From positions 41,106,001 to 41,170,000 of the forward strand of contig NC_083288.1 in the NCBI RefSeq assembly GCF_963506605.1: 64,000 nucleotides of DNA, in the 5' to 3' direction. The notes beneath the pieces are model-generated. The model saw only the letters and a program-made list of their open reading frames with translations. It had not been told where the DNA came from and did not search any database. This DNA comes from Zootoca vivipara. Lineage: Eukaryota. Position 1 is the first letter of the stretch. Every line of letters begins with the position of its first letter. The position numbers were made by a program, and so were the translations under genes. This document shows, piece after piece, positions 62,586 through 64,000 of this stretch.

Positions 62586-62662
62586 CAGGGATAGGCAACC
62601 TTCGGCCCTCCAGATGTTTTGGCCTACAAAACATCTGGAGGGCCGAAGGTTGCCTCTGCCTG
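62586..62662. mobile_element. 77-bp internally deleted hAT MITE (near-perfect hairpin)
   Basis: TSD GCATAGAT; essentially only the two TIR arms remain. Confidence 0.85.
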
Positions 62663-64000
62663 GCATAGATGATGCCCTTTCACACGGCTTGAGCCACAGA
62701 CAGAACCAAGGAAGTTTTGCTCAAATTCCTTTCTCATTAACACAAAGTCCGGGTTAATGAGTTCACTGAACTGACGGTTTGTCTAGCCTGGCTGGCAAGA
62801 CGAAAACAGCGACATTTCTCCGTCCACCTGCGGCAAAGGAGCTAAATAAAGCCCAGGGGCCGGTAATTGAATGGGCAGGCCTGGGCAAGCAAGCTGCAAA
62901 TGCTCAGCAGATATTACCCACAACTGCGGGCCAGTTGCTTAGCTGCAGAGACTGTGGCGCAAGCAGATGGCATTGTGGGAAACTCCCTCGCCAACTCTGC
63001 CACTGCGGTTCTGCCCTCTCCCACCTCTCCGTCCCACAGGATCTGTAATTGGGCTAATGGCAGGGCTGAGGAACAATTGAATTGTTCAGCTGGTGGACAG
63101 AGGAGGGGCGGAGAAAGTCTCCCCAGGAAACCATGGCAGTCTCCCACAGCAAAAGCCAATCGCAGCGCAACAGTGACAACACCGCAGCCCCCAGTGCGGT
63201 TTGAACACATGGCCCCATGTTTACGAGATTAGCGTGCAAATCCCCTGAGCTGCAGAAAGACATCCTTGCAACAATTTCTAGTTGGTTGCCTTTCAAACAG
63301 GATAGCTGACATAAAAAAATAAAAAAATCCTAGGCCTTGCAGCCTGGAAATGTAACCTAGGAAGCTTTCCTTGGCCTGAAATAAAGTGATGCTTAAAGCG
63401 TCACCTGGCTAATTTCAGGCTGTTGGTAAGGAGCAGGAACACAGCCAATGGAAATTGGATGCTGCTAGACTACAATTCCCATCATTCCTGGCCATCGGCT
63501 CACACTGGTTGGGGCTAATGGGAAGTTCAACAACAGCTGGAGGGCCACAGGCTCCCCATCCCATACCCTCCAACATGTTGAGTCCCAAAACCAGGAGGCA
63601 TGTCTTCCCAGCTGTGCTCCCGCACGAGTCATGTGACCCGGGTGAGATCACAGAGCCCAAAAGACGCACTTGGGAGGGGGGGCGTGCTCTCGCACATGAG
63701 CTCGGCATCTGAAAATGCTTGTTTGGGGGCACCGTGCAAGATCGCGTCACCCCAAAAAGTTTCCTTTCAGGACAAGATCTCTCCGCAAAATCACATGAAA
63801 TCACAGCGCCCCAAATGGTCGCTGTGCTCTTGCGTGAAAAAACAGTATGTCATTTCATTTATCATTTCATTTCCATTATATACAGAAAGTTGTTCAAAAT
63901 AACTTTTATTTAAAAAAAAACCTAGAAGCTTTCCTTTTGGAAATTATAGGGACAGAACTACCTAAATTGTATAGAATTTTATTTATATATGCTACCACAG

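Overview
Vertebrate nuclear DNA, very likely a squamate lizard (Sauria SINE, BovB, L2 and hAT/Tc1 MITE content point to a lacertid; this is inference). Positions 1-42.2 kb hold a tandem/inverted cluster of five secreted single-domain C-type lectin genes related to snake galactose-binding lectins and REG-like lectins, arranged A(-, truncated by the window edge) B(+) C(-) D(-) E(+). Each complete gene has 5 coding exons plus a non-coding first exon. B, D and E are near-identical QPD/WND lectins; C is a divergent EPN/WID lectin with an odd cysteine. Next comes an intact RNase A-superfamily gene (single coding exon 49894-50358) with an acidic tail ending in QEDL. Convergent with it lie tRNA-Pro(AGG), tRNA-Thr(TGT) and tRNA-Pro(TGG), with CTCF-like motifs, recalling the mammalian ANG/RNASE4-tRNA locus. 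The rest is transposon-rich: 136-bp hAT MITEs with 8-bp TSDs, Tc1/mariner MITEs, L2, L1/Tx1, BovB (one 5'-inverted), Sauria SINEs and a solo LTR. There is one assembly gap (4770-4938). All exon coordinates were read by hand from splice sites and reading frame.
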